64,000 nt of DNA from an uncultured archaeon (GTDB lineage: Archaea; Altiarchaeota; Altiarchaeia; IMC4; SCGC-AAA252-I15). The notes below the pieces were generated by a model that made no database searches, had not been told where the DNA came from, and saw nothing but the letters and a program-made list of their open reading frames with translations. The stretch lies in the NCBI GenBank assembly GCA_964587725.1, contig CAZPLO010000001.1, positions 1 to 64,000 of the forward strand. Direction: 5' to 3'. The position numbers and the translations under genes were made by a program. How positions within the stretch are numbered: position 1 is the stretch's first letter; each line of letters opens with the position of its first letter. Of this stretch, positions 17,643 through 28,086 are shown in pieces.

Positions 17643-18527
17643 CTACTGATTCTTTACGTGCTGATAAGCCCGCAAAGCAGCCACACATGCTTCGCCCACG
17701 GCCTTCGCAATCTGCGGTATGCCGCCGGTGACGTCGCCTGCCGCATACACGCCCGGCAGGTTGGTGGCCATGTCACGGTTGACTTTGATGAATCCTTTGT
17801 CGTCCAGTTCCACGCCCGCCTGCGACGCCACCTCGGCGGAGGGGACGCTGCCGGCTGCAATGAACACGCCTTCCACATCCAACGTCTCGCCGGACTTCAG
17901 CGCAACCGAGTTCAGGAACTCGTCGCCGAGTATTTCAACAACCGAGTCCGACACAGCCTCCACACCGGACGACTCCAGCCTCTCCAGCAGAACCTCCTCG
18001 GCCGTCAGCTTATCGGACACCAGGTATGTTTTCGACGCCAACGTGTTGAGGTATAGTGCGTCCTCCACCGCCATGTTGCCGCCGCCGACGACGACAACCT
18101 TCCTGCCCTTGAAGAAGGGGCCGTCGCACGTAGCGCAGTAGCTGACGCCCTTGCCCACATAGTCTTCCTCGCCCTTCACCTTCAGTTTCCGGTGCTGGCC
18201 GCCCGTAGCCAGTATTACCGCTGATGAAGTGATTTTTTTGTCGCGCAGTGTGATTGTCTTCTCACCCCCCTGCAGGTCCATGGACACGGCCTCGTCGTAT
18301 ATGAACTCCGCCCCCAGGGATTTCGCGTGCTCCTCCATCCTTTTAGAAAGTTCTACGCCGCTGATAAGGGTGTCGCCGGGCCAGTTCCCTATCTCCGACG
18401 CCAACTGCATCTGCCCGCCCAAGGTCATCCTCTCCAACACCACGGCCTTCAGTTTCCGGCGGACACAGTATATTGCCGCCGTCAAACCCGCAGGGCCGCC
18501 GCCGACGATGACCACCTCATAGTCCAT
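17643..18527 (-). CDS. trxB: Thioredoxin reductase
   Basis: GGGPAGLTAA, GVSYCATCDG, GGGNMA, YAAGD. Confidence 0.93.
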   Translation of the reverse strand: MDYEVVIVGGGPAGLTAAIYCVRRKLKAVVLERMTLGGQMQLASEIGNWPGDTLISGVELSKRMEEHAKSLGAEFIYDEAVSMDLQGGEKTITLRDKKITSSAVILATGGQHRKLKVKGEEDYVGKGVSYCATCDGPFFKGRKVVVVGGGNMAVEDALYLNTLASKTYLVSDKLTAEEVLLERLESSGVEAVSDSVVEILGDEFLNSVALKSGETLDVEGVFIAAGSVPSAEVASQAGVELDDKGFIKVNRDMATNLPGVYAAGDVTGGIPQIAKAVGEACVAALRAYQHVKNQ

Positions 18528-18535
18528 AGAAAATG

Positions 18536-18949
18536 TTAAGAGACTTCAAGTATAATAGTCGCTTCACCGCCTTTCTTCAGCACCTCCACCAAGTCCCTGC
18601 CGAGGTCGCAGGCGGCCTTGTCCGCATTTACGGCGAGGGTACGGGGGCATATGAACGCGCTCTTCCGTATGACGGCATCGGTGGGGTGCGTCAATATGAG
18701 GCCGGGGTGACCACGGGCGACGACGGTGTAGGAGACGCCACCGCATTCTACAGTCATGGTTAAGACGGCGTTTTCCGAACGCAACGCGTCCTTGAACTCC
18801 GCAGGCAGGTCCGGGAGTGATTTGTCCGCCGCAACAGCGAATATGCAGTCGCCCCGCGGCGTCAAATGCGTTTCCCGTGTGAACTCCAGCGTGGTCTCAT
18901 GAAGGGACAGGACGTTCGGGTGGCCGCGGGCACGCACTTCAACCCTCAT
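18536..18949 (-). CDS. DUF371 family protein
   Basis: ARGHPNV...HETTLEFT.E.HLTPRGDCI, VIRKS.FICPRT..V.ADKAA.DL. Confidence 0.9.
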   Translation of the reverse strand: MRVEVRARGHPNVLSLHETTLEFTRETHLTPRGDCIFAVAADKSLPDLPAEFKDALRSENAVLTMTVECGGVSYTVVARGHPGLILTHPTDAVIRKSAFICPRTLAVNADKAACDLGRDLVEVLKKGGEATIILEVS

Positions 18950-19688
18950 CCAACACACCCCGCAGGGCTTCGCCGTAGTCCGCCTCCACCCCAACCTTGT
19001 TGAAGTAGTTGACTATGTTCCGGACGTCACGCTGTAGGAACTCCATCGCCTTCGGATGATCCAGCAGCACGCCGGCGCTGAAGTCTATTATCACAGGTTC
19101 ACCGTAGTCGAGGATGTTGTATTCGCTCAAGTCCGCATGCACAAGACGCAGCTTACGCATTTCTTTGACATACCCCATCACCCTGCCAAAATAGGCTGCG
19201 GGCTCACTGGGCGCAGACTCCTTCAGCTTCGGGGCAGGCAGAGCATCGTCGCCGATGAACTCCATCACCAAAACGTTCCTGTAATGCTCAACCGGCTGCG
19301 GACACCTTATCTTCTCGCGCACCCTCATCAGGTTCTTATATTCCTTCTGCGCCCACATGTGGACGAGCTGGCGGCGGTTCTTCCACGAACTGAACCGCGG
19401 GTCGCCGCGGACGTACTTGCTCATGTGCCGGAAGTCGCTGGTCTCCACCTTATACACCTTCAACGCCACATCCGCGTCGCCGCGGCGGCCGTGGTAGACG
19501 TTGGCCTCCTTGCCTGTGGAGACTAGACTTACTATTTCACTGAAGGCGTCCTTCTTCGCCAGCTTATACAACGCCATCAGCGTCTCGCGGTCAAACACGG
19601 CCTCGCTGATTTTCCGGCTGTGAGCCTCCCTACGCGCCTCCTTCAAATCCCCGACGTCCAGGCGTTGAAAGAGTTCATCCTCCCTCAT
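18939..19688 (-). CDS. rio1: RIO1 serine/threonine kinase
   Basis: STGKEANVY, YVRGDPRF, WAQKEYKNL, HADLSEYNIL, IIDFS. Confidence 0.95.
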   Translation of the reverse strand: MREDELFQRLDVGDLKEARREAHSRKISEAVFDRETLMALYKLAKKDAFSEIVSLVSTGKEANVYHGRRGDADVALKVYKVETSDFRHMSKYVRGDPRFSSWKNRRQLVHMWAQKEYKNLMRVREKIRCPQPVEHYRNVLVMEFIGDDALPAPKLKESAPSEPAAYFGRVMGYVKEMRKLRLVHADLSEYNILDYGEPVIIDFSAGVLLDHPKAMEFLQRDVRNIVNYFNKVGVEADYGEALRGVLDEG

Positions 19689-19722
19689 GGAAAATGCATT
19701 AGGCCGTGGCGGTTAAATAGAC

Positions 19723-20052
19723 TCAGAATTCCTCTATGCCTTCCAGGTAGCCGTGTTTCCGAAGCCAGTCGGCCTGCTGGTTGGTGTAACGCCACAGTAT
19801 GTCGCCGCGCTCCTTAGACTGCACCTCCCACGGCTCCACCAACACGATGTTGCCTTCCTTAATCCAGATGCGCCGACGTATCTTCCCTGGTATGCGGCAC
19901 AGGCGGGTGTGGCCGTCGGTGCAGCGGACGCTCATACGGCGGTCTCCGAGGAGCTGCTCCACCCCCCCCAATAGCTGCCCCCTCTTGGGCAACCTCACCC
20001 TGACTATGACTTCGCCGTCCTCACTCAACTCCGGTTTCGGATTATACGCCAC
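19723..20052 (-). CDS. eif1a: Translation initiation factor aIF-1A
   Basis: RVRLP...QLLG...[23 protein letters not shown]; GTG start at 20052 inferred. Confidence 0.93.
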   Translation of the reverse strand: MAYNPKPELSEDGEVIVRVRLPKRGQLLGGVEQLLGDRRMSVRCTDGHTRLCRIPGKIRRRIWIKEGNIVLVEPWEVQSKERGDILWRYTNQQADWLRKHGYLEGIEEF

Positions 20053-20086
20053 TTTCTTTAATAACGAATGCGGCCTTATTAAATAC

Positions 20087-20476
20087 ATGGCCTTGTGGGA
20101 TGAGCTGAAGACGCGGAAAATAAACGACATAGACGGTCTCGTCACCGTGGTGGTGCAGGACGCGGAAAACAAGGATGTGCTGATGTTGGCGTACGCCAAC
20201 CGTGAGGCGGTGGAGAAGACACTGGAAACCGGGTTGGCCCACTACTACAGCACCTCCAGAAACAAGCTGTGGTTGAAGGGCGAGAGCAGCGGAAACACCC
20301 AGAAAGTGCACGAGGTGCTGGTGGACTGCGACGGAGACGCCCTCATATACAGGGTTGGGCAGAAGGGCGGCGCATGCCATAAAGGCTACAGGACCTGCTT
20401 CTACCGCAGGGTAGAGGATGGCAGCCTCGAAGTGGTGGGGGAGAAGGTGTTCGACCCGGACAACGCATACAAGTGA
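20087..20476 (+). CDS. hisI: Phosphoribosyl-AMP cyclohydrolase
   Basis: [39 protein letters not shown]. Confidence 0.95.
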   Translation: MALWDELKTRKINDIDGLVTVVVQDAENKDVLMLAYANREAVEKTLETGLAHYYSTSRNKLWLKGESSGNTQKVHEVLVDCDGDALIYRVGQKGGACHKGYRTCFYRRVEDGSLEVVGEKVFDPDNAYK

Positions 20477-20506
20477 GCTTTTATAATACGACGCTCATAT
20501 TTTACC

Positions 20507-20902
20507 ATGAAGACCGAGGAGAAAGCGGCGGTCATCGGAGTAGTGGTCGTTGTAGCCTTAGTTCTATTCCTCGGCGGAGGCGAGCAGCCCACCGCCACAA
20601 CCACGACCACGGTGAGAAGGGTCACGCAGACGACGCTGATGCCGGACATACAGAACTTCAGGGAAGCCGTCGCAGGCACAGACGCCAGCGAATGCGACAA
20701 AATAGAGCGCCAGCGAATGAAGGACATATGCATACGTGACATCGCGGTCAAAAACGACGACCTGGAGCTGTGCGGAACAATAGAGACGGAGGACCTGGCT
20801 GACCTCTGCTACTACAAGATAGCCGTGAACAGGGGAGACGGCGGAGTCTGCGGCAGCATAGCCAACGAGTTCGTGAGAAACAGCTGTCTCGACAAGACGT
20901 AA
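20507..20902 (+). CDS. Membrane-anchored Cys-repeat protein
   Basis: TM, Thr-rich linker, repeats of C-x2-I-x6-7-C(Y/I)-x2-IA. Confidence 0.75.
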   Translation: MKTEEKAAVIGVVVVVALVLFLGGGEQPTATTTTTVRRVTQTTLMPDIQNFREAVAGTDASECDKIERQRMKDICIRDIAVKNDDLELCGTIETEDLADLCYYKIAVNRGDGGVCGSIANEFVRNSCLDKT

Positions 20903-20903
20903 T

Positions 20904-22385
20904 TCACTCGGCGGAGTTGTTCATGCCTTTTATCTCAGATATCACCCTCTTGGGGTTCCGGTGATATTTCTGGAAGAAGTTCTGGACTGCGTCGTTGTCG
21001 CGTATCCCCTTCGCCATCATGTACTGCAGCACCTTTTCGCGGATGAGGAGTTCAGTGTTCAACCGCTTCTTGGTGATGCCGCAGTCCTTGGCTATCTTCT
21101 CCGTCAACAATATGGGGTAGTCGGTGCGCTTGACCTGGTCGCTGTTGATGTCGTAGTAGAAGATGTCGCCCAGCTGCACCACCTCCCCTTCGACGCCAGA
21201 CACCTCCGAAACCTGCGTGATCCTCCTCATCATACCGCGCTTCCGGTCGAATATCCGGTTCATCACCACAATCAAATTCAACAGGGGAATCATGCGTATG
21301 GGAACGTTCATGGGCTCGTCCATCAGCCGGATGGTGGTCTCGCGGGAGTTGTTGGCGTGCAGCGTGCACATGCTCCCGTCCAATCCGATGTCCATGGCCA
21401 CGAACAACGTCTCAGCCTCCTGCCCCCTCACCTCGCCGACGATGACGCGGTCGGGCCGCATGCGGAGGCTGTTTTTCAGGAGACTATGCATGCTTAATCT
21501 GTGGCTCAAATCTGTTACGGTAGGGGATGCCTCCAGCGGCACCCAGTTCTCTATGAACTCGAAGTTAAGCTCCAACGTGTCCTCAACCGTAACCACCCGC
21601 TCCGTCTTCGGAATGAACATGGCGAGGGCGTTCAACAACGTCGTCTTCCCTGAGCCCGCGCCGCCCGCAATCAGCAAATCCACGGGCGACAGCCCGAACC
21701 CCTCCACGCACACCCACAGGAACGCCGCCAGCTCCGAGCTCATGCTCCCCAACTCGATGAGGTCTAATATGTTATAGGGGGTCTTCTTGAACTTCCGTAT
21801 AGTCACCGCCGGCCCGTAGGGGGCTGCGGGAGGGATGGCCACGTTCGCCCGGCTGCCGTCGGGCATGTGCGCGTCCAGCAGCGGACTCTCCTCGTTCAGT
21901 TCGCGGCCGACGTAGTTGGCGAGCCAGTGTATCAGATCCTCCAGCGGCTCATGGGATTCGAAGTTTACGTTGGTCACGCACATCCCGTGCTTGCGGTGGA
22001 CGACGAACACGGGGTTGTTGACGCCGTTGACCATGATTTCCTCCAGCATCTCATCCCTCATCAACGGCCCCAGGCGGCCGTAGCCGAGGAATATGTCGTC
22101 CATCACCGTCGAAACCACGTACTCCAGGTTCTCGGCGGAAACGTTCCGGCCCTTAATCTGCTCCTTCAAATAGTTTCGGAGGAACTCCTCCTTCTCCACG
22201 CTGCTGTGTATCTTCTCCAGCTCCGCGGTAATCTTCTTGTAGTCTCCTATGAAGTTACGGGCCTCGGAGATGACCTTCTTCTCCTCCTCAGTCAGTTCAG
22301 GCGTCAACGAGATGTAGTAGGGTATCTGGTCCCCATCCCCCTCCATAATCTTCACGTTCCCGTAGGAGTCCAGCAGCTCAGGCAT
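20904..22385 (-). CDS. Type IV pilus/secretion ATPase (CpaF/VirB11 family)
   Basis: EEIMVNG, MPDGSR, TIRKF, GGAGSGKTT, VEDTLEL, LRMRPDRVIVGEVRG, TLHA. Confidence 0.93.
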   Translation of the reverse strand: MPELLDSYGNVKIMEGDGDQIPYYISLTPELTEEEKKVISEARNFIGDYKKITAELEKIHSSVEKEEFLRNYLKEQIKGRNVSAENLEYVVSTVMDDIFLGYGRLGPLMRDEMLEEIMVNGVNNPVFVVHRKHGMCVTNVNFESHEPLEDLIHWLANYVGRELNEESPLLDAHMPDGSRANVAIPPAAPYGPAVTIRKFKKTPYNILDLIELGSMSSELAAFLWVCVEGFGLSPVDLLIAGGAGSGKTTLLNALAMFIPKTERVVTVEDTLELNFEFIENWVPLEASPTVTDLSHRLSMHSLLKNSLRMRPDRVIVGEVRGQEAETLFVAMDIGLDGSMCTLHANNSRETTIRLMDEPMNVPIRMIPLLNLIVVMNRIFDRKRGMMRRITQVSEVSGVEGEVVQLGDIFYYDINSDQVKRTDYPILLTEKIAKDCGITKKRLNTELLIREKVLQYMMAKGIRDNDAVQNFFQKYHRNPKRVISEIKGMNNSAE

Positions 22386-22415
22386 CAGTAAACTATTATG
22401 TCCCGCGAATAAAAA

Positions 22416-23237
22416 CTACAAGCGGGTGCGTGACAGCATGTCCTCGACTTCGCCGTCGTCAAACCCTATCAGCGGATGATACACCGGCACATCCTTCTTC
22501 CGCATGCTGACGTCCTCCACCGACGCAGGAGACACCAGCCCCAGGGAGCACTGGAGTGCTTCCTCCAGTGAACCGTAGACTTTCACGCCGGGGTTGCTGT
22601 AGTAACTGAGTTTCACAGCGTATTCCTTCGGACCCAGCAGGTTTATCAGGCAGCCGCGGCGCATCATCATCCACGCAGCCAACGCACCCCTTCGGGTGTT
22701 TACTTCCGCAGCCAGCGGACCCTGGGTCCCATACGGGAGGCCTCCGAATCCATCGTATGATGCGGTGTGCACGTATGCGGTGTCGGATTTCACCTCCACC
22801 CCCACCGTCACATCCGGGTTCGACAGATCAACGGGGTTCCCGTATTCTTCCTGGATGCGGGCGCCCAGCATACTCTCCAACTCCCTGCTCGACCTCCCGT
22901 AATCCCTTGACCTGCGGACCCTAACAGCGAAGGAGCCGTCCAGGCCTCTGAACTGTTCGACAACGGATTCAGCCAGTTTCCGAGGGTCGGAGTCGACTTC
23001 GACAGCGGGGCTGACCGACTTAACCCCGAAGACTTCTGCAACCCGTTTGGCGGCCTTATCGGCTTCCGGGGACTTCAGGTATATGCGGTGCCTCTTTGTC
23101 AGAATCTTAGCCTCTAAGCCGGAGGAGTCGAGTGCGTGGCGTACGTTGCCTACCAGTTGTCGGGTGAACTGCCGGCGCACGTAGCCGCTCTTCAGAAAAA
23201 TCTCGCCGTAACGGACTATGACTGTGTCGCAGTCCAT
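22416..23237 (-). CDS. ThiI-like THUMP domain protein with degenerate PP-loop
   Basis: IVRYGEIFLKS, THUMP domain with VDLSNPD, GGLPYGTQG, AAWMMMRRG; no SGGxDS. Confidence 0.85.
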   Translation of the reverse strand: MDCDTVIVRYGEIFLKSGYVRRQFTRQLVGNVRHALDSSGLEAKILTKRHRIYLKSPEADKAAKRVAEVFGVKSVSPAVEVDSDPRKLAESVVEQFRGLDGSFAVRVRRSRDYGRSSRELESMLGARIQEEYGNPVDLSNPDVTVGVEVKSDTAYVHTASYDGFGGLPYGTQGPLAAEVNTRRGALAAWMMMRRGCLINLLGPKEYAVKLSYYSNPGVKVYGSLEEALQCSLGLVSPASVEDVSMRKKDVPVYHPLIGFDDGEVEDMLSRTRL

Positions 23238-23243
23238 CGTGTT

Positions 23244-23591
23244 TCAGCCGCCCGTCGGTGGCTGCAGCATCCCCTGGATTTCGGAGCGCATCTGGTTGAG
23301 TTTCTCGGCTAGCTTCTTCTCCTGCTTCTCCAGCACCTTCAGCTTAGCGGAGGCGGTGTCCTTCTCGTCTCCCAGGTACTTGAGGCCGTCGTCTTTGTTG
23401 GTTTCCACCATCACCGGCCCCACCATACGGTACACCTTACCCTGCTGGAGTTTGTCCAGCTCCTTCCGGGCATTCTCCAAGTCCGTGCTCTGCAGCATCA
23501 GCTGTTGTTTCTGCACCGCAATCATCTGAAGCTGGTTCTGGAGGTTCTGGAACTGCGCCAGCTTATCCTGCACCTGCTGTGGAACATCCAT
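23244..23591 (-). CDS. pfdB: Prefoldin beta subunit
   Basis: QFQNLQNQLQ coiled coil, VYRMVG hairpin; conserved context. Confidence 0.94.
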   Translation of the reverse strand: MDVPQQVQDKLAQFQNLQNQLQMIAVQKQQLMLQSTDLENARKELDKLQQGKVYRMVGPVMVETNKDDGLKYLGDEKDTASAKLKVLEKQEKKLAEKLNQMRSEIQGMLQPPTGG

Positions 23592-23686
23592 TGCCTCAAT
23601 ACATAAGGAGAGAGGGTATAAAAGGGGGGAGGGAGGAGTATAAGATATTCAGAAAAAAGTTTAAACAGTTTAAAATAAAGTTTAAA

Positions 23687-23923
23687 CTATTTTGACTCCG
23701 TGAGTTTCAGGCACATGTCGAGCCACCGTATGTAGGTGTTGGCGGCGGCCCGCATCGCATGGAGGTCCCCGGCCTTCGCATTGAGTACGATTTCGCAGTC
23801 TTCATAGGAGAGGCTGACTTCGCTGCGCTGGTAGGCGTCGGACTCCGCCTCCGGCTTAATCGACTGCAGGACTGCTTCGGCGGCTTCCACTGGAACCTTC
23901 ACCCTGACAGTGAGTGTGTTCAT
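23687..23923 (-). CDS. pcc1: KEOPS complex subunit Pcc1
   Basis: SIKPE...RS.V...AGDLHAMRAAANTYIRW. Confidence 0.88.
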   Translation of the reverse strand: MNTLTVRVKVPVEAAEAVLQSIKPEAESDAYQRSEVSLSYEDCEIVLNAKAGDLHAMRAAANTYIRWLDMCLKLTESK

Positions 23924-24072
23924 CTCGCGATGACGGTCTTGGTTATGTTTTCGGGGCGCTTTTTAATCCAGATGTTGCTCCTCTTCTCAGTGCAGCTGTT
24001 GCACTTCATCTTGTTCCGCGCCAGCTCCTCGTACTCGTATTCCGCACCGCACTCTATGCATACGTAGGTCAT
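23920..24072 (-). CDS. rpoP: RNA polymerase subunit P (Rpo12)
   Basis: MTYVCIECG...KCNSC...IWIKKRP...AR; lies between rpl37ae and pcc1. Confidence 0.85.
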   Translation of the reverse strand: MTYVCIECGAEYEYEELARNKMKCNSCTEKRSNIWIKKRPENITKTVIAR

Positions 24073-24317
24073 TGCTCCTCCTCCGCCGTCACCCGGCGGA
24101 CAACGGGTACGTGGGAGCCGCCCGTGAACGTGTATCCGCAGGTCCGGCACATCCAGACGCCCGCGGAAACCCGCTTCAGCTTCCCCCTGCTGCATGTGGG
24201 GCAGCCGCTGGCCTTCCTCCGGTCAACCTCCACCTTAACGGCTTCGTTCCGGAGTTTCCGGCCTACGCGGGTGCCGTAGCGGCCCATGCTCCCGACCTTG
24301 CGTGTGTGACTGAACAT
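24069..24317 (-). CDS. rpl37ae: 50S ribosomal protein L37ae
   Basis: GRYGTRVG..LR, CPTC...KRVSAGVWMCRTCG..FTGG. Confidence 0.93.
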   Translation of the reverse strand: MFSHTRKVGSMGRYGTRVGRKLRNEAVKVEVDRRKASGCPTCSRGKLKRVSAGVWMCRTCGYTFTGGSHVPVVRRVTAEEEQ

Positions 24318-24386
24318 CTTGGCTTATGTTGTAGGAAGTAGGGGGTTATAAATATCGCCGGCCGGTTGGGCCGGCGATTAAAACCC

Positions 24387-25163
24387 TTATTTCTCCATCA
24401 CAGACCGTATCTCCTTGCCCCTCTTGAAGGCTGTGTCGACGCACGACTTCGCCTCGTCGACGGTGAAGGAGCCTGTCCCGCCCTTCTGCAACGCGTTCAG
24501 CGTGTCCGTGGTGGTTACCGTCAGACGCGCGTCCATCGCGTACTCTTCGTCGGTGGTCGGGTCAAGTATTATCTTGTCCCGGATCTTGTGGAAGGTCAGC
24601 GGCACGGGCGTCGACTCCATGGGGATTTTACCGTCCCATTCCCCGCGCACGGCCCTGCCGTCCTCCAATTTCGGCATCCTCGAATCCAACAATGCTGCTG
24701 CTGCGGATATGCCGCAGGCGTCGATTAGGTTGCCGTCGTTGTTGAGTATGTGGATGTCCAAGAACAGAATCCACACCTTCCCTTCTTCGATGAAGAGTTT
24801 CTTGAAGTCTATGCAGCCTGACTCCCGTATTCCTCGGTCAACGACACGCGCCAACTCAATCGCGTGTTCACGCGGAGGCCCCGACTCGAAATACGGTGAC
24901 GCAATCGGCCGCAGCTCCGCTGCCGTCGTCATGACGCCGGAGTCCGGCGAGTCCGGGTAGGGTTCCGCGACGTCCATGCTGACGCCCGTCAACACCTCGG
25001 TGTCGCCGAGTTTCACATATGCGGAGCCGCTGGACTTCTCCCCGACGTAGCCCTTTGTTATCTCCAACGGCCTTATTTCGTCGAGTTTCCGGCCGTCAAC
25101 CCTCTTGCCCTCCGACACGAGGTTGGCTATGTAGTCTCTCTTGAGATAGTATTCTATTTTCAT
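24387..25163 (-). CDS. rrp42: Exosome subunit Rrp42
   Basis: [42 protein letters not shown]. Confidence 0.96.
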   Translation of the reverse strand: MKIEYYLKRDYIANLVSEGKRVDGRKLDEIRPLEITKGYVGEKSSGSAYVKLGDTEVLTGVSMDVAEPYPDSPDSGVMTTAAELRPIASPYFESGPPREHAIELARVVDRGIRESGCIDFKKLFIEEGKVWILFLDIHILNNDGNLIDACGISAAAALLDSRMPKLEDGRAVRGEWDGKIPMESTPVPLTFHKIRDKIILDPTTDEEYAMDARLTVTTTDTLNALQKGGTGSFTVDEAKSCVDTAFKRGKEIRSVMEK

Positions 25164-25888
25164 TCCTGCACCTCCACTTCCTTAAGCGTCTTCTTCATGA
25201 GTTCGTACACCTGCATGCAGCCGTCGAACGCGAGGTCGAAGGCCTTCTCGAACTCTTCCTGCGTCAATACGCCGTCCATCTGCAGCAGCACTACCTCCCC
25301 GGTCCTGGGCACGATCGCCAGCGGCAGGTCGCATTGTCCGAAGTTGTCCTCCTCCTTCATCAAATCGAGGATTATTTCTCCGTCCGCCTTCCCGGCCGCG
25401 CAGGCCACAACCAGGTCCCTCATGGGGATTCCCGCGTCCGCCAAAGCCAGCGACGCCGCAGTCAACCCGACGCACCGTGTGCCGGCGTCCGCCTGCAGTA
25501 TCTCCACGAAGACGTCGATTGCCGCGTTCGGGTACTTGTGTGTGCGTACGACGTTGGTCAGCGCCTCGCTGCTTATCTTGCTGATTTCAACGCTTCTCCT
25601 GTCGGGGCCCGGCCGCTTGCGGTCGTCCACGCTGAACGCCGCCATATTGTAAGTCAGACGCACCGTAGCCTCCGTCGGGTTCTGGAGGCGCCGCGGATGC
25701 ATCTCCCGCGGACCGTACACTCCAGCCAACACCTTGTTTTTACCCCACTCAACGTAGGCGGAGCCCTGGGCGTTCTTCAACACCCTGACCTTCATCTTTA
25801 TCTCCCTAAGTTGGTCGAACTTTCGGCCGTCCAGTCTGACGCCCTTGTCTATCAACTTCATATTCGTTTCGCCACTCATTTGCATCAC
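25160..25888 (-). CDS. rrp41: Exosome subunit Rrp41
   Basis: [44 protein letters not shown]. Confidence 0.97.
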   Translation of the reverse strand: MMQMSGETNMKLIDKGVRLDGRKFDQLREIKMKVRVLKNAQGSAYVEWGKNKVLAGVYGPREMHPRRLQNPTEATVRLTYNMAAFSVDDRKRPGPDRRSVEISKISSEALTNVVRTHKYPNAAIDVFVEILQADAGTRCVGLTAASLALADAGIPMRDLVVACAAGKADGEIILDLMKEEDNFGQCDLPLAIVPRTGEVVLLQMDGVLTQEEFEKAFDLAFDGCMQVYELMKKTLKEVEVQE

Positions 25889-26544
25889 TTCTTCTTTGAT
25901 TTTGAACTAAGGAACTTGGTAACCCTGTCTGTCAAGCCGGAGGTCTGGGCCTCCCGCTCCACCATCCGCAGCGCCTCCACCGCCAGCGGAAGGTTTCCGC
26001 CCTTCAGCCATATGAGGCCGTTCTGCCCCACGATGATATGAGATCGTGTATTATCACGTATCAACGTTATCATCGATCTTTTGCGGCCGATTATGCGGGG
26101 CACCCGCATGGGCTTAACCCTTATCACGTACCCCTCCTCGAGCTTCCTGGGGCCCGTCAGCTGAGCCTCCTTCACCTCGTCAACGTACACTATCTTCGCA
26201 CTCAACAAATCGCCGACAGAGTATGACTCCTGCTCCCTGGGGCCGCGGCGGTCGTTCCTCGGCTCCCGGAGCACGCCCAGGTAGGGGCCGTCCAAGTCCA
26301 CCAGGTATATGCCTCCGAGGTCGCGGTCTACCACGCCCAGTACGACGTCGCCTGACTTCGGCACGTACGCGCCGTCCGACGGTATGATGTTCACGTTCTT
26401 GCCGCTGACCCGCGCCAGCCCCCTCACCAGAGAGTATGCGCTGTCTCCCTCGGCAATGCATTCTCCTTCGCATCTCACGCCTTCACCCAGTTTCTCCCCG
26501 GGCAACACTATCTGCCTGTCTTTCACGTTACTCATGTTTAACAA
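25885..26544 (-). CDS. rrp4: Exosome subunit Rrp4
   Basis: [17 protein letters not shown]1 plus KH ([19 protein letters not shown]). Confidence 0.94.
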   Translation of the reverse strand: MLNMSNVKDRQIVLPGEKLGEGVRCEGECIAEGDSAYSLVRGLARVSGKNVNIIPSDGAYVPKSGDVVLGVVDRDLGGIYLVDLDGPYLGVLREPRNDRRGPREQESYSVGDLLSAKIVYVDEVKEAQLTGPRKLEEGYVIRVKPMRVPRIIGRKRSMITLIRDNTRSHIIVGQNGLIWLKGGNLPLAVEALRMVEREAQTSGLTDRVTKFLSSKSKKK

Positions 26545-27241
26545 CCTTCGTCTTCACGTCGCCGTGTGTCATACTGTTAAGCCGGCTGAACAGTTCGTCC
26601 TGCATGCCAGCAGGTATCTCAATCAGCACGTACTGTTCGCCGCCAACCCAGTCCTCCTTCTTCACGTCACCGTATTCCCGGAGGGTGCTGTACATCTTCC
26701 CCGCGTACTCCGCGGGTATTTTCACGGCTATCTCGAGTTTCTCGAATTTGATTGGTATTATGGGCTTCAGCGCCTTCAGCACCTTCTCCACCTGCTCCCT
26801 CGCGCTCTTGGAAAGCAGTATCTCAACCCGCGCCTCCTCCATCGCCGCCTCGATGCGATTGATTGGGTGGGGGGTGTTGGTCTGCGGGTTTATGGCGTTC
26901 CGCGCTATTACGGCGGCCACCTGTTTCCAGCGGTCCTCCATCATCTTCCGCCTCTGCTCGGTGGTGAGGTGGAGTTCGCCCTTGCGGAGTATCTCGTCGT
27001 ATACCCCGTTCATGTCCTCGGCCTTGAACAGTTCGAGGAGGTGTTCCTCGCTGGCCTTCTCCCCCTTTTTGGCGTCCTTGAACACGTGCTCCGCGGCCAG
27101 TACGTCTTCGAGGCGGACGTCTCCGCCGCTCTTGTATTCGAGGGCCGGGTCTGGGTCCACGTATATCTCGTATGTTTCGCCGTGGGTCTTCAACCGCACT
27201 ATCACGGCGTCTTCTAAACTGGTCATGCTTCCACACTCCAT
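26528..27241 (-). CDS. Ribosome maturation factor SBDS/Sdo1
   Basis: RLKTHGETYEI.VDP, FKDAKKGEKAS, NPQTNTPHP..RIE.AM, IPAG. Confidence 0.95.
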   Translation of the reverse strand: MECGSMTSLEDAVIVRLKTHGETYEIYVDPDPALEYKSGGDVRLEDVLAAEHVFKDAKKGEKASEEHLLELFKAEDMNGVYDEILRKGELHLTTEQRRKMMEDRWKQVAAVIARNAINPQTNTPHPINRIEAAMEEARVEILLSKSAREQVEKVLKALKPIIPIKFEKLEIAVKIPAEYAGKMYSTLREYGDVKKEDWVGGEQYVLIEIPAGMQDELFSRLNSMTHGDVKTKVVKHE

Positions 27242-27278
27242 CCACGCACAAAAGGCAGATGATATATTCTGATGAACG

Positions 27279-28022
27279 TTACTCCTTGGGTTCCTTACTG
27301 TCTAGTTCCTTACCCAATTCTTTAATAGACTTCTCTATCTCCCCGGTCTGCACCGGCACGTACTTGTCCTTGACTTCGACGGTTATCATGTCGACGCTCT
27401 CCGCCTTCACCTTGCCCTCGGACACCCTGTTCAATCCTATGAGGGCGAGGTTGACCGCCTCCTGCCTGCTGACCCCGGGGCTGTACTTCTCCTCCAGCAG
27501 CTTCTCCACGTCCCGCTTCCCCATCCCTATGGCGCCCGCCATGTATTCTGTGAACGCGCCGCTGGGGTCTGTCTCGAACAGATGCGGGCGGTCGTTGACC
27601 CCAGCAACCAGCAGCGCGGTGCCGAATGGGCGTGCGCCGCCGAACTGGGTGTAAGCCTGCTTGATATCGCACAGCTCCCTGGTTAGGCCTGCAACGTTCA
27701 CGGGCTCGCTGTATACGAGACGGTGGCGCTGAGCCCTCACCCGCGCGTCTTCGACAAGACGTCGGGCGTCAGCCACCAAACCGGATGTCGCAACTGCAAT
27801 GTGCTCGTCTATCTGGAATATTTTCTCGATGCTTTTGGGGACAATCAGGCTGGTTGAAACGTTTTTGTCCACAGCCAACAGCACGCCGCCACCGTACACT
27901 ATTCCCACCGCCGTGGTGCCCCTTTTGACTGCTTCACGGGCGTATTCGACCTGGAATAGTCTGCCATCGGGGCTGAAAACCGTTATAGCGCGGTCGTATG
28001 CCGCAGGACCTTGAGGATACAT
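27279..28022 (-). CDS. psmA: Proteasome alpha subunit
   Basis: YDRAITVFSPDGRLFQVEYAREAVKRGTT. Confidence 0.98.
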   Translation of the reverse strand: MYPQGPAAYDRAITVFSPDGRLFQVEYAREAVKRGTTAVGIVYGGGVLLAVDKNVSTSLIVPKSIEKIFQIDEHIAVATSGLVADARRLVEDARVRAQRHRLVYSEPVNVAGLTRELCDIKQAYTQFGGARPFGTALLVAGVNDRPHLFETDPSGAFTEYMAGAIGMGKRDVEKLLEEKYSPGVSRQEAVNLALIGLNRVSEGKVKAESVDMITVEVKDKYVPVQTGEIEKSIKELGKELDSKEPKE

Positions 28023-28086
28023 TTTTTCTGCCTGATTCTACCTATTCACTACGTAGCAATGAATATGTAGTTTACCTTTAAAAAGC

